Notes: a model not told the origin generated them from the letters alone. DNA of 64,000 nucleotides from Bdellovibrionales bacterium (GCA_050246815.1 JBFWVI010000006.1:26069-90068); one strand, 5' to 3'; shown: positions 39,310-49,151, numbered from the stretch's first letter. Program-made: numbers and translations.

Positions 39310-41241
39310 TTACTCGACCGGCTCAAGGAAGACACGGACTTTTTTATCGCTCGGAAACTCGGCACCCGCGCCCGGATAAGTGTTGGCCACAAGCCCACTG
39401 CCGCGCACCTCGACCGTCAGCCCACTGGCCCGTGCGCGCTGATAGACTTCACGCAAAGTCAAACCGACCAAGTTTGGAATCAACTCGCCCCGACCGGCTT
39501 GAATTTCGTCTTCCAATTTGGCCAGGGCCTGGGCCTGAGCCATTTCGCGGGTCGGCGTGCCCTGATCACGCTTGAGCAAATTTTGCTCTGACAGCAACAC
39601 CGGCGCCAATCCTTGCTGGCGCACCACATACTGTGCAATACGTGCAAACACAGGTGCCGCCACATGCGAGGCATAGTATCCTTTGCGCGGATTGTCCACC
39701 GCCACAAAAATCACGAACTTCGGGGCGTGGGCGGGCACGAAGCCTGCAAAACTCGAGATGTAAGCGTTCTTTTTGTAGCCACCTTTTTCGAGGTCGACTT
39801 TCTGCGCGGTACCGGTTTTGCCGGCCACGGGAAAGCCTGGAATCCGTGCGTTGACACCCGTGGCATGCTCCATCGTTGCGGCCCTGAGCATCAAGCGCAG
39901 AGTGGCGGCCTGGTCTTCACTCAAAACGCGACGAATTGTTTTGGGTTCGAACACCGTTTCTTCTTCGCCTTGCACGATGCGCTTGACCACTTGCGGCCGT
40001 TTCAACAGCCCGCCGTTGGCAATCGCCGAATAGGCACTGGCCAATTGAAGCGGCGTCACCGCCAAACCATGACCGAACGAAATATTACTCAGCAGATGTG
40101 AGCGCCAAGGCAAAGGATGTAAAATGCCGCGAGCTTCTCCGGGCAAATCCACCTGCAAACGATCCCCAAAACCAAAATCAAGTAAAGCTTGGCGCAAATG
40201 ATCAGCACCCAAATCAAAAGCGATCTTGGCCGTACCGATGTTCGAGGAAAACGCCAAAATCTCGGACACTGTAAGCCAACCGAACTCATGTTCCGCGTCG
40301 GCCTCACGAATCCAACGATCGCCGACCTTCATACGGCCACCTTCACAGTTGTAACGGCTGCTGGGCTTGACAACCGCCTCACGCAAAGCCGCCGCGATCA
40401 CAAAGGTCTTCATCACGCTGCCAGCTTCAAAGGCATCGGTGATCACGCGGTTTCGACGATCGGCTGAAGGCTCGGACGCCAAACCTAAAATTTCGCCAGT
40501 ATTGGGATCCATCACCAGACCGACTGCACCGTCGGCTTGATGCAAACTGACCGCATCGGCCAATTCTTTTTCGAGGATAAATTGCACCTGTGAGTCGATC
40601 GTCAGTTCGACGCGCGCACCATCATTGACGTTCGTCAACAGCCCGCCCTCGGGTAAAAGCGGCCGGCCGCGGGCATCGCGGGGCAAAATCACTTTGCGGG
40701 TTTCGCCACTCAACTCACGGTTAAATTTGCGCTCAAGTCCTTCCAGCCCATCGCCCTCTGTGCCAACAAAACCTAAAGTCTGCGCCAGCAGCTGATTGTT
40801 GGGATAGACCCGACGAGATTCATCAACAAAGCCGAGCCCACGGATTTCCCACTTTCGAATGGCGGCGGCCGCCTCTTCGGGCATATGGCGTTTGATCCAA
40901 ACAAAACGCTTATCCCGCTGACGTAGTTTTTTTTGCAGCTCTGCACGAGACATCTTCAATAGCTTGGCCAAACGTTTCGCCACAGAGCGGGGCTGCTCTA
41001 AAATCGCGGGGTCCGCAAAAAGGCTTTGTGAGCCCACACTGGCCGCAAGTTCGCGCCCATTGCGATCAACAATCGCGCCGCGACGCCCACTCACCTCAAT
41101 TTTAGTTGCGAATTGACGACGTTGCAGACCCGCCAGGCGCTCATTGGGGATAATCTGCAAATAGGCACCGCGCAGAATCATGGCGGTCCAAAGCAGCAGG
41201 AACCCCATGAATACCAAAAGTAAACGCGACTTCATCTTCAT
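39310..41241 (-). CDS. ftsI: class B penicillin-binding protein FtsI with C-terminal PASTA-like domain
   Basis: RGAIVDRNG, SxxK (GSVMKT), SxN (SSNIG), KTG (AGKTGTAQK); PASTA-like IPNLVGLT. Confidence 0.94.
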   Translation of the reverse strand: MKMKSRLLLVFMGFLLLWTAMILRGAYLQIIPNERLAGLQRRQFATKIEVSGRRGAIVDRNGRELAASVGSQSLFADPAILEQPRSVAKRLAKLLKMSRAELQKKLRQRDKRFVWIKRHMPEEAAAAIRKWEIRGLGFVDESRRVYPNNQLLAQTLGFVGTEGDGLEGLERKFNRELSGETRKVILPRDARGRPLLPEGGLLTNVNDGARVELTIDSQVQFILEKELADAVSLHQADGAVGLVMDPNTGEILGLASEPSADRRNRVITDAFEAGSVMKTFVIAAALREAVVKPSSRYNCEGGRMKVGDRWIREADAEHEFGWLTVSEILAFSSNIGTAKIAFDLGADHLRQALLDFGFGDRLQVDLPGEARGILHPLPWRSHLLSNISFGHGLAVTPLQLASAYSAIANGGLLKRPQVVKRIVQGEEETVFEPKTIRRVLSEDQAATLRLMLRAATMEHATGVNARIPGFPVAGKTGTAQKVDLEKGGYKKNAYISSFAGFVPAHAPKFVIFVAVDNPRKGYYASHVAAPVFARIAQYVVRQQGLAPVLLSEQNLLKRDQGTPTREMAQAQALAKLEDEIQAGRGELIPNLVGLTLREVYQRARASGLTVEVRGSGLVANTYPGAGAEFPSDKKVRVFLEPVE

Positions 41242-41245
41242 CGGT

Positions 41246-41545
41246 CTATTGGGGTACAGCGATACGCTGTCCCACCAGTTGTATGATCTGACCGTTGCGC
41301 GCCTCGCTCAATGTCAACCGCGACATCGCATAGCGCCGAATGTGATCCGGGCGAGTCACCCGCGCGAACTCCATCGCCCTCAAGCGCTGCTGGTCTTTTA
41401 GTACTTTGTGTTGTTTGGTCTCTTTCAAAACCGTGTACCCCAAACGCCGCACTTCCATTTTCAAAAAGGCGACCATAAATAAAGCGCCAACCAAAATAAT
41501 CAGGCTTAAAAACGGCTTGAATTCATCCATCGCTTCGCGGCTCAT
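41246..41545 (-). CDS. ftsL: FtsL-like small bitopic membrane protein
   Basis: 99 aa, single TM followed by a coiled coil; positioned between rsmH and ftsI. Confidence 0.65.
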   Translation of the reverse strand: MSREAMDEFKPFLSLIILVGALFMVAFLKMEVRRLGYTVLKETKQHKVLKDQQRLRAMEFARVTRPDHIRRYAMSRLTLSEARNGQIIQLVGQRIAVPQ

Positions 41546-42426
41546 GTTGCATTCCCTCGTTCAAAGACTCTGAGTTTGGCACTTCGCGCGCGAGGATTAG
41601 AAACCTCTTCCGCGCGCGAGGGCATCACCACTTTTTTGTTCACCGGGCGGCCCAGGGTGCTCTCTTTAAAAGCATACTTGATGATGCGGTCTTCTAGAGA
41701 GTGGAAAGTGATCACCAGTAGGCGCCCACCGGGGCGCAGACTGGGCATTAATGCTTCGACGGCTGGGCGAAGGGCTGAAAGCTCTTGATTGACCTCTAGA
41801 CGAAGGGCCAGAAAATACTGAGTGGCCGGGTGATGGCCACGTCTTTGCCAGCCTTCTGATCGTTCAATCAATTGCGAGAGTTGTTGTGTGGTTGTAAATG
41901 GTTGTTCTCGGCGTTGTTCGATCATGCGAGCCACCACTCGGTTCGGCCGGCGAATCTCACCCAGGTCATGAAACAAATTCGAAAGCTCTTCCGCTGACCA
42001 CTCATTGACGATTTGCGCGGCGGTCAGCAGTTGGCTTTGGTCCATGCGCATATCCAGTGGGCCATCTTGATAAAAACTAAAGCCGCGCGTGGCCTCATCC
42101 AATTGTGGCGAGCTGACTCCCAAATCGGCCAAGATAAAGTCCCAGCCGCCCTCTTGCGCAGGTATTCCCTCATGAAAATTTTGTTTAGCTAAACTCAAAC
42201 GACCACTGTCCAGTAAAGACGAAAATTGCAAGCGACCATAGTCGATCGCGGCCTGGTCGCGATCGAGGCCGGTCATTTTGAGTTCTGAGAAGCGCTCTAA
42301 AAACGCGGATGTGTGGCCACCACGGCCAAATGTCACGTCCAATCCGTATGCATGCCGCCCGGGCATATCGGCGATGAATTGCAGAATTTCGTCACACAGA
42401 ACTGGAATATGTAAGGGCTTTGTCAT
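41542..42426 (-). CDS. rsmH: 16S rRNA (cytosine-N4) methyltransferase RsmH
   Basis: HIPVL, DVTFGRGGH, DLGVSSPQLD, GPLDMRM, FHSLEDR, NPRARSAKLR. Confidence 0.97.
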   Translation of the reverse strand: MTKPLHIPVLCDEILQFIADMPGRHAYGLDVTFGRGGHTSAFLERFSELKMTGLDRDQAAIDYGRLQFSSLLDSGRLSLAKQNFHEGIPAQEGGWDFILADLGVSSPQLDEATRGFSFYQDGPLDMRMDQSQLLTAAQIVNEWSAEELSNLFHDLGEIRRPNRVVARMIEQRREQPFTTTQQLSQLIERSEGWQRRGHHPATQYFLALRLEVNQELSALRPAVEALMPSLRPGGRLLVITFHSLEDRIIKYAFKESTLGRPVNKKVVMPSRAEEVSNPRARSAKLRVFERGNAT

Positions 42427-42459
42427 GAGCCTCACATTTTACCCATCAAATCAGCAAGA

Positions 42460-42487
42460 TTGACCTTTTGACAGGCCGTGCTAACCT
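42460..42487 (+). promoter_or_regulatory. sigma70-type promoter candidate
   Basis: TTGACC-N16-TAACCT with an extended -10 TG, 9 nt before ATG 42497. Confidence 0.45.
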
Positions 42488-42496
42488 GAAAGAGTT

Positions 42497-43522
42497 ATGA
42501 TGGAATGTCCCCGTTGCGGTTTTGTTCAGCCCGAAGACCGGTTCTGCGCGAATTGCGGCCTGAACATCGCCGCTCATGCAAAGAAACCCAAGTCTCTGTC
42601 GCAGCAAATATTAGCGCGACCGGCTTTCTATGGCGTTTTGGCCATCATCTCCGGGATCATCCTGGTGCAAGTGGTAAAAAAAACCGCCACCACCGTCAAC
42701 GAAAAGAGCGGCCTGAACGCGGTTGAGACCTCACCCGTGGCGAATACAACCAGCGCCCAGCAGACACCAACTCAAGTCGCGCCCACACCGCCGCCCGCAG
42801 CTGCTGGCACACGAGCGGTTCCGCCACCGGTGGAGTCGGAGGTATCTGGCAGCGAGCTTCAGGCTTCGGGCCTTGCGGCCCCCACCCCGACAGTGGCGCC
42901 CGGCGCCATTGCCGCGAAAACTGTGACAGACACGGCGACTGCGGAAGGCAGTAGTGCCGGCGCGACGGCGAAGCCGCCGCCTGCGCAATTTGAATTGGGG
43001 TTTTACGAGATTGGCCGTGAGTCTTGGGTTGTGCTGGTCAATGAAGGTAAGACCGCCGGGGAACAAAATGGCTGGCGCGCAATCAGTTTTGCAACCCGTG
43101 AACGCGTGCAAGCCGCACTCAGCGCAGCTCGTCGCCTGCCCGGTCAAAGACAAATGAACTCCCAGCCGTCCAGCGCCGCGATGTTGCACTTTCCGTTGGC
43201 GGCGGCCACGGCCCAACAAGCTCAACCGATTGGTTTGTTCATGGATCTGGCGGTGGTCAAACTGGACCCGACTCAAGTGGAGATCGATGTGGCCAGCCAC
43301 TTGGGGCTTCGCTCGACGGATGCGACAACTCCTGAATTGCATCAAAAAGCGGACTTCACGGCGAGCTTTTCACCTCACGGAGCTTTGGTGATTTTGGGAT
43401 CTTTGCCACGCAAAGCCCTACCCGAAGGCTCTGCGACGGCCGGCACCCCGCTGAGCGTCTTGGATTCGCCCGACTTCTTAGAGGGCCAATCCGAAATTAT
43501 TTTTGTGATCCAAGGGCGCTGA
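42497..43522 (+). CDS. zinc-ribbon bitopic membrane protein with Pro/Ala/Thr-rich linker
   Basis: CPRCG...FCANCG, one TM, low-complexity linker, globular C-terminal domain. Confidence 0.8.
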   Translation: MMECPRCGFVQPEDRFCANCGLNIAAHAKKPKSLSQQILARPAFYGVLAIISGIILVQVVKKTATTVNEKSGLNAVETSPVANTTSAQQTPTQVAPTPPPAAAGTRAVPPPVESEVSGSELQASGLAAPTPTVAPGAIAAKTVTDTATAEGSSAGATAKPPPAQFELGFYEIGRESWVVLVNEGKTAGEQNGWRAISFATRERVQAALSAARRLPGQRQMNSQPSSAAMLHFPLAAATAQQAQPIGLFMDLAVVKLDPTQVEIDVASHLGLRSTDATTPELHQKADFTASFSPHGALVILGSLPRKALPEGSATAGTPLSVLDSPDFLEGQSEIIFVIQGR

Positions 43523-43535
43523 CCCCGATTAAAAT

Positions 43536-43563
43536 AAAAAAGGACCGCCTTACGGCGATCCTT
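43536..43563 (-). terminator. intrinsic terminator of bcp
   Basis: Minus-strand AAGGAUCGCC-GUAA-GGCGGUCCUU followed by a U-run. Confidence 0.75.
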
Positions 43564-43584
43564 CTTAAATTGTGCCTTTGCCAA

Positions 43585-44304
43585 TTAAACCGATTGCTGA
43601 TTGCGCAAGAAATCTAAAACCTGCTGGGCATGGCCTTCGACCTTCACGCCGCGCCATTCTTTCAGCAGGCGGCCGTCTGGGTCGAGCACGAACGTGCTGC
43701 GTTCGATGCCTTGCACCTGCTTGCCGTACATGTTCTTCATTTTGATCACATCAAACATATTGCAAAGCGTGCTGTCGGTGTCGCTGAGCAAATCCACCGA
43801 ATAACATTCGGCGCTTTTGAATTTTTCATGGGACTTGATGTCGTCGCGTGAAACGCCGAACACTTCTGTGCCCAATTCTTTGAATTGATCATGCAACTTG
43901 GTAAAGTCATGTCCCTCCAAAGTGCAGCCCGGCGTGGCGTCTTTCGGATAGAAATACAACACCACATTTTTGCCGCGTAGACCTTGCAAGCTGATGCGAC
44001 GGCCGCCGGTGGATTCAAGTTCGAAGTTCGGCACAGGTTCACCAATTTTCGGCGCCTGAGTGTGGGCCGCCATCGGATTCGGCGTCGTCACGGCCTGCGA
44101 CATCTTGGGGCTGGCCGCTTTCCTTTTTGTGGTTTTGGCCGGCGTCGCTTTTTTAGCAGCCATTTTCTTAGTGGCGGCTTTTTTGGTTGCCGTCTTTTTT
44201 GTGGTCTTCATACTGATGGCTTTTTTCGCCATTTTACCCGTGGTTTTTTTGGTCGTCTTTTGAGCTGCTTTTTTTGTGGTTTTCTTCGTCGCTTTTTTTG
44301 CCAT
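43585..44304 (-). CDS. bcp: peroxiredoxin (BCP/PrxQ) with Lys/Ala/Thr-rich histone-H1-like N-terminal extension
   Basis: VVLYFYPKDATPGCT, GVSRD, GIERSTF, V.GH motifs; first ~75 aa are KKAT/KKTT/AAKK repeats; GAGGAG RBS before ATG 44304. Confidence 0.9.
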   Translation of the reverse strand: MAKKATKKTTKKAAQKTTKKTTGKMAKKAISMKTTKKTATKKAATKKMAAKKATPAKTTKRKAASPKMSQAVTTPNPMAAHTQAPKIGEPVPNFELESTGGRRISLQGLRGKNVVLYFYPKDATPGCTLEGHDFTKLHDQFKELGTEVFGVSRDDIKSHEKFKSAECYSVDLLSDTDSTLCNMFDVIKMKNMYGKQVQGIERSTFVLDPDGRLLKEWRGVKVEGHAQQVLDFLRNQQSV

Positions 44305-44491
44305 ACCTACGCCCTCCTCAAAGTGAGCGCCTTGGGCTTACCATGGCTCACAGCCCTAAAACAACCGTCCATGCACTGCCGCTTATGAAGATTCACACTC
44401 TTGTCAGAGCGAAAAACATTTGCGTAAATCGTATCTCGCGAACTTGGGACCGATTCGCCTGATCGAACCGGTTAAATTTGGAGAAATCATC

Positions 44492-45112
44492 ATGACTGCA
44501 GGAATTGGCCAATACCGTTTTCGACCCGGCTGGATTGAAGTGATCGTGGGCTGTATGTTTAGCGGCAAAACCGAAGAATTGATCAAACAAGTGCACCGCG
44601 CCCAATATGCCCGTCAGGCTTACCAGGTCTTCAAACCCCGTCTTGACGCCCGCTATTCGGCGGATCATGTGGCCTCGCACAATCAAACCCTACAAAAGGC
44701 CACCCCAGTCGAAACCGCCGAAGAGATGCTGGGCCTAGTCGAACGCCAAACCCAGGTGGTGGGCATCGATGAAGGGCAGTTTTTTGGTCCTGATTTGGTC
44801 GAAGTTGTCACTCTGATGGCCAATGCAGGCAAACGTGTGGTGATTGCAGGTCTTGACACGGATTGGCGTGGACGCCCATTTGGCCCCATGCCCGCTTTGA
44901 TGGCCGTGGCCGAGATGGTCCACAAGCAATACGCCATTTGCATGGTCTGCGGCGAGCCGGCCACCCGAACCCAGCGCCTGATCAACGCCCGTGAAGACAT
45001 CTTGGTGGGTTCCACGGAAGCCTATGAAGCCCGGTGCCGCCTGCACTTTGACCCTGACCTCAGTGCCCGATTGCGCCCGCAAACCTCACCCCAGACCGAG
45101 ACTCGGGCTTGA
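44492..45112 (+). CDS. tdk: thymidine kinase
   Basis: GCMFSGKTEEL, IDEGQF, AGLD, CMVCG, YEARCR; GGAGA RBS before ATG 44492. Confidence 0.96.
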   Translation: MTAGIGQYRFRPGWIEVIVGCMFSGKTEELIKQVHRAQYARQAYQVFKPRLDARYSADHVASHNQTLQKATPVETAEEMLGLVERQTQVVGIDEGQFFGPDLVEVVTLMANAGKRVVIAGLDTDWRGRPFGPMPALMAVAEMVHKQYAICMVCGEPATRTQRLINAREDILVGSTEAYEARCRLHFDPDLSARLRPQTSPQTETRA

Positions 45113-45137
45113 ATTCGTGCCGGTCGAATGGCAAGAT
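45109..45137 (+). promoter_or_regulatory. sigma70-type promoter candidate for hpt
   Basis: TTGAAT-N17-CAAGAT with an extended -10 TG; GAGGAG RBS downstream. Confidence 0.4.
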
Positions 45138-45161
45138 CGTCGCACTTTTTGAGGAGACCAC

Positions 45162-45701
45162 ATGGACCACGACGCGCAAATTAAACTGACCTCATTTTTA
45201 AGTGAGAAGCAGATTCAAGCAAAAGTGAAGGCCATCGGCGCGGCTTTGACAGACCGTTTTCGCGGCAAAGACGTTGTGGCGGTCTGTGTCTTAAAGGGCT
45301 CATTCATGTTCTATTCGGATCTGATCCGCGAGATGGACATGGATATCGCCTGCGAGTTTTGTGGGCTTTCAAGCTATCAAGGCGGGACCTCGTCCACAGG
45401 CGAAGTGCGTGTGACTTTAGATTTGAACTCAGCCGTGCAGGGCAAACATGTCATCTTGATCGAAGATATCGTCGACACTGGCCTGACCATGAATTTCTTA
45501 AAGACACACCTGCAGGCACGCAAACCCAAGTCGCTGACCACCGTGGCTTTGCTTTTGAAGCCCCACGCTTTGAAAGTGAAATGCGACTTGGATCATGTGG
45601 GTTTTGAAATCCCCAATGACTTTGTGGTGGGGTACGGCCTGGATTATCAGGGTTACTACCGCAATCTGCCCTACATTGCGCAGATCCAAAGCATCAACTA
45701 A
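45162..45701 (+). CDS. hpt: hypoxanthine phosphoribosyltransferase
   Basis: VLKGS, LIEDIVDTGLT PRPP motif, FVVGYGLDY, RNLPYI. Confidence 0.96.
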   Translation: MDHDAQIKLTSFLSEKQIQAKVKAIGAALTDRFRGKDVVAVCVLKGSFMFYSDLIREMDMDIACEFCGLSSYQGGTSSTGEVRVTLDLNSAVQGKHVILIEDIVDTGLTMNFLKTHLQARKPKSLTTVALLLKPHALKVKCDLDHVGFEIPNDFVVGYGLDYQGYYRNLPYIAQIQSIN

Positions 45702-45710
45702 GATGCCACC

Positions 45711-46154
45711 GTGAATGCGCTGGAGCTAGATCGACTTTTACGCCAAGAAATCCCTTTGTCCCAGCATATGGGCGTACACGATTTTCAGGTTTCGTCGAAC
45801 GAAGTGTCGCTTGTCTTGCCACTGAAGCCCAATATCAACCACAAAAGCACGCTGTTTGGCGGCAGTCTTTATTCGGCCAGCGCTTTGGCTTGTTATGGTT
45901 TGTTTTTGACGGGGCTGCGTGAAAATGGCATTGGCACCAATAACATCGTGATCGCCGAAGGCCACATCAAATACACGAGGCCCGTCAACACCGACGCAAA
46001 AGTTGTGGCCTCTTGGAATTCGAGGGACGAAAAAGAACGCTTTTTTCGAGCTCTTTTAGCCAAGAAAAAAGCGCGCGTGATGATGACAGCTAAATCTTAC
46101 GTGAACAGCCAGATCTGCACCGATTTCAATAGTTTATTTGCGGCCTGGATCTAA
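45711..46154 (+). CDS. YiiD C-terminal-like hotdog-fold thioesterase
   Basis: IPLSQHMG, PNINHKSTLFGGSL, I.YTRPV. Confidence 0.8.
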   Translation: MNALELDRLLRQEIPLSQHMGVHDFQVSSNEVSLVLPLKPNINHKSTLFGGSLYSASALACYGLFLTGLRENGIGTNNIVIAEGHIKYTRPVNTDAKVVASWNSRDEKERFFRALLAKKKARVMMTAKSYVNSQICTDFNSLFAAWI

Positions 46155-47671
46155 GGCCCTGACAGGGCCTGCTTGACCGGAATGATTAGTCTTTGTTTGG
46201 CGCGAATACGACGAGCGTCGGTGATACCATTCATGTCCATCAGCATTTGAACTTTGACCTTGAAGCGTTCGGCGATCTCACTCAGTGTTTCGCCCTCTTG
46301 CAACACATACTCGTTATCCTCAAGGGGTGCCTCGGTGATGGTGGCCACTTTGCCTTGGTTTAAATCCTGTTGCGCCTGTGCCGCCACTTCGTTGGTCACT
46401 CGAATAAAATTGCGCCCTTGCACGGTGCCCTTGGGCCAGATATGGCTGCGCACATGGGGGTTGTAGGTCTGCGCTTTGCTCAAATCTTCGCCAAACCAAG
46501 TGATGATCTGCTTCACCGCCAAAGGACGACTTAATTTGATCTCGGTGCCACGCAACTCCGCCATCCGCGGCAGCGGCCCGAAATATTTGTCCGCTGCCTG
46601 CTCAACCTGCACCGCCGCCAAAAAACTGGCGTAAAAGTTGGCCGAGGCAAAACCAAAGCGACCTTTGCGCACGTCCGTCAATTCAGCCAAATTATTGGTT
46701 TGGAACTTTCGCACCAATCGCTGTACTCCCGAAGGACCGTGGTTGTAGCCGGTCACGGCTAAGGGCCACGACTGCAACATTTCGTAGTTGTTACGAAGTT
46801 TGCGGGCTGCCGCCACCGTGGAGCGCAAGGGGTCGTTGCGCTCGTCCACGGATCCGTCCATGCGCATGTACGAACGCGCCGTGGAACGCATAAACTGCCA
46901 AATACCGCTGGCGCCGACTTTTGAGCGTGCCTTCAGATTAAATGAGCTTTCAACAAAGGGCAGACGGGTCAGCTCAAGCGGCAAACCCTCGCGCTTGAAG
47001 ATCTCCTCCATCTCTTTGATATGGCGGCCGGATTGATAAATGCCCTCCATAAATCGATCGCGCTGGCCCAATTGAAAGCGCAGGCGGCCGCGGCGCGAAG
47101 CTTCGTAAAACTTCTTTGGCTCAATGACATTGGCAAACAGGTTCCAATAGCGCAGATCATCGCCCTCGAGTCCTTCGGGGGAGCTTAGTTTTTGTAAACG
47201 AAGCAGACGCTCTTCGATTTGTTTTTTGGCCTGCTTGACCCGGTCACGCCGGGCTTTTTCCTTTTGGCGCAGGCTTAAGCTTTCGTTCTGGACCAAATCC
47301 GAAAAGTCGACGCTCTCGTAGATCAAATTGATGTAGCGGCTGTCGTGCAAAAGTCCCTGATCCGTGGTGTATTTGGTGTAGATATCGACCCAAAAGGCCA
47401 CCCGCTCTTCCATGCCCGCAGGGGTTTTAAATGCCTCGACACCATAACCCAAAGCCTTTTCTTGATTGCTGTAACTCGGCGCCGCCCAGGGTTGATCGAC
47501 GCCTATCGTGGGTGGGCGCTCAATGGCCTCGGGTAAAACCGGAGTGTCCACGTCCGCTTCGCTTGAGGTCGGCTCTATTCCGTCGGTGGGCACAGCAACA
47601 ATGGCGTCCGCGCGGATGACCATCAGGCCCAAAAGTAAAAGTGGTATGAAAAAAAAGTGTTTTTGTCTCAT
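46151..47671 (-). CDS. lytic transglycosylase (SLT domain plus LysM, MltD-like)
   Basis: LPFVESSF catalytic Glu, GASGIWQFM, DERNDP, GYNHG; C-terminal LysM (YVLQEGETLSEIA); signal peptide from ATG 47671. Confidence 0.9.
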   Translation of the reverse strand: MRQKHFFFIPLLLLGLMVIRADAIVAVPTDGIEPTSSEADVDTPVLPEAIERPPTIGVDQPWAAPSYSNQEKALGYGVEAFKTPAGMEERVAFWVDIYTKYTTDQGLLHDSRYINLIYESVDFSDLVQNESLSLRQKEKARRDRVKQAKKQIEERLLRLQKLSSPEGLEGDDLRYWNLFANVIEPKKFYEASRRGRLRFQLGQRDRFMEGIYQSGRHIKEMEEIFKREGLPLELTRLPFVESSFNLKARSKVGASGIWQFMRSTARSYMRMDGSVDERNDPLRSTVAAARKLRNNYEMLQSWPLAVTGYNHGPSGVQRLVRKFQTNNLAELTDVRKGRFGFASANFYASFLAAVQVEQAADKYFGPLPRMAELRGTEIKLSRPLAVKQIITWFGEDLSKAQTYNPHVRSHIWPKGTVQGRNFIRVTNEVAAQAQQDLNQGKVATITEAPLEDNEYVLQEGETLSEIAERFKVKVQMLMDMNGITDARRIRAKQRLIIPVKQALSGP

Positions 47672-47681
47672 GATGCAGCTT

Positions 47682-49151
47682 CTATTGCACCAGCTGAACC
47701 GCCAGTTGGTCAAATAATGCGCGCGCATCTTCGCTACGACTGGTCCTTCCGTTGAATAAAAATACGAAGGTCAACTGGCTGCCATCCCCACGGCCGGCAA
47801 AGCCTGCCAAACCCGCCACGCCATTGAGTAATCCGGTTTTAGCCCGCACCCGCCCTTCAGCGGCGGTGCCGCGCATTCTGGACTTGAGCGTGCCATCCAC
47901 TCCCGCCACGGGAAAAGACGCCAACGCTTCAGCAAAAACCCCGAACTCTTCGCGAAGCCCTAATAAAACTTGGTTCAAATCTGTGGCTGTGATCTTATTT
48001 TCCCGGCTAAAGCCAGAGGGGTTCACCAAGGTGAAGCGGTTGGCGGGGACGCCATTTGAAATTGCATACTGTCGCACCAATTCGACTCCCGCCCCAAGAC
48101 TGGCGGGAGTTGATTTTTTTTCTGCGGCTAAGTTTTTAACTAGCATTTCGGCGACAAAATTATTGGAAAATTTCATCATGTCTTTGACCATATCAGCCAC
48201 GGGTTTGCTTTCGGCGCGCGCAGCCTGTTTTGCAGTGGCTGGCAAAGCCCCCACCTTGACCTCGCCGCTCACCGTGATGCCTCGCTGCCTTAAAAATTGC
48301 AGCAGCACGCGACCACTCCAACGCTCCGGAGAGCTGATGTTTTTGTAGGCGATGAATTCTTTGGCATCCACTGGAATTTGACCGTTGATCCAAATCACAT
48401 CTTCGCCCCTGGCACCGGTTTTTCGCTCGACACGAATATCTGTCTTGCCACGGGCACCGACGGTTTTGACATCGCCTCGCAGCTTCACTTCGTCATTTTC
48501 AGGATCCAAGACCACCTGCGCCTGCGCCCCGGCCTTCGCGCCCGGTCGCACAAAAATGTTCACCGAATTCCAGTTGAAAGACATGGCGCCAACCGGAGCA
48601 TCAAAGGCGCGATCGACCCGCTCGGACTGGCGACTGGGATCAGTGCGAATTTGGTCGAAGCGGGCAGAATCGACGATCACATTGCCCTTGATTTTACGAA
48701 TTCCGGTACGGGTGAATTCATTGACTAAAAACCACATGGTTTCCGACACGAACCCCGGGTCACCGCCTCCTTGCAGAATCAAATCACCGTTCAACTCGTC
48801 AGCCACCGTCTCACCGGCGGTCCACAACTTGGTTTCAAGTTTGCGGCTTGGCCCAAGACCCCGCAAAACCGCCCCCGCGGTGATCACTTTGGTCAAAGAA
48901 GCTGGGATCATTTGCTGATCTGAACGGATTTCCCACAACGTTTCTTTCGCCCCACTTTTGGCAAGGACCACTTTGGCCGCGAACTCTTCGCGATGAAGGC
49001 GCGAGGCTTTAAGCAAACGGTCCAATTTTTCGGCTAATTTTTCACTCAACTTTTCGGTGGCCTTTTCCGCCGCACGGTCGGCGGCTGCCGAACCTGAGGC
49101 CAATGCTATCGCCACTCCACCCAATGCCAACCATCGCTTTGCCGACTTCAC
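47682..49151 (-). CDS. dacB: D-Ala-D-Ala carboxypeptidase/endopeptidase (PBP4, peptidase S13)
   Basis: PASLTK (SxxK), GGGDP, SNNF (SxN), SGFSR.N, AKTG; AAGGAG RBS before GTG 49151. Confidence 0.93.
   Translation of the reverse strand: MKSAKRWLALGGVAIALASGSAAADRAAEKATEKLSEKLAEKLDRLLKASRLHREEFAAKVVLAKSGAKETLWEIRSDQQMIPASLTKVITAGAVLRGLGPSRKLETKLWTAGETVADELNGDLILQGGGDPGFVSETMWFLVNEFTRTGIRKIKGNVIVDSARFDQIRTDPSRQSERVDRAFDAPVGAMSFNWNSVNIFVRPGAKAGAQAQVVLDPENDEVKLRGDVKTVGARGKTDIRVERKTGARGEDVIWINGQIPVDAKEFIAYKNISSPERWSGRVLLQFLRQRGITVSGEVKVGALPATAKQAARAESKPVADMVKDMMKFSNNFVAEMLVKNLAAEKKSTPASLGAGVELVRQYAISNGVPANRFTLVNPSGFSRENKITATDLNQVLLGLREEFGVFAEALASFPVAGVDGTLKSRMRGTAAEGRVRAKTGLLNGVAGLAGFAGRGDGSQLTFVFLFNGRTSRSEDARALFDQLAVQLVQ

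Noticed and set aside
38860..39591. 243-aa plus-strand ORF, representative of many antisense ORFs in the track
   Set aside because: Lies opposite the well-supported murE and ftsI genes.
44060..44263. Very hydrophobic 67-aa ORF resembling a membrane peptide
   Set aside because: It is the reverse complement of the Lys/Thr/Ala codons in the bcp tail.
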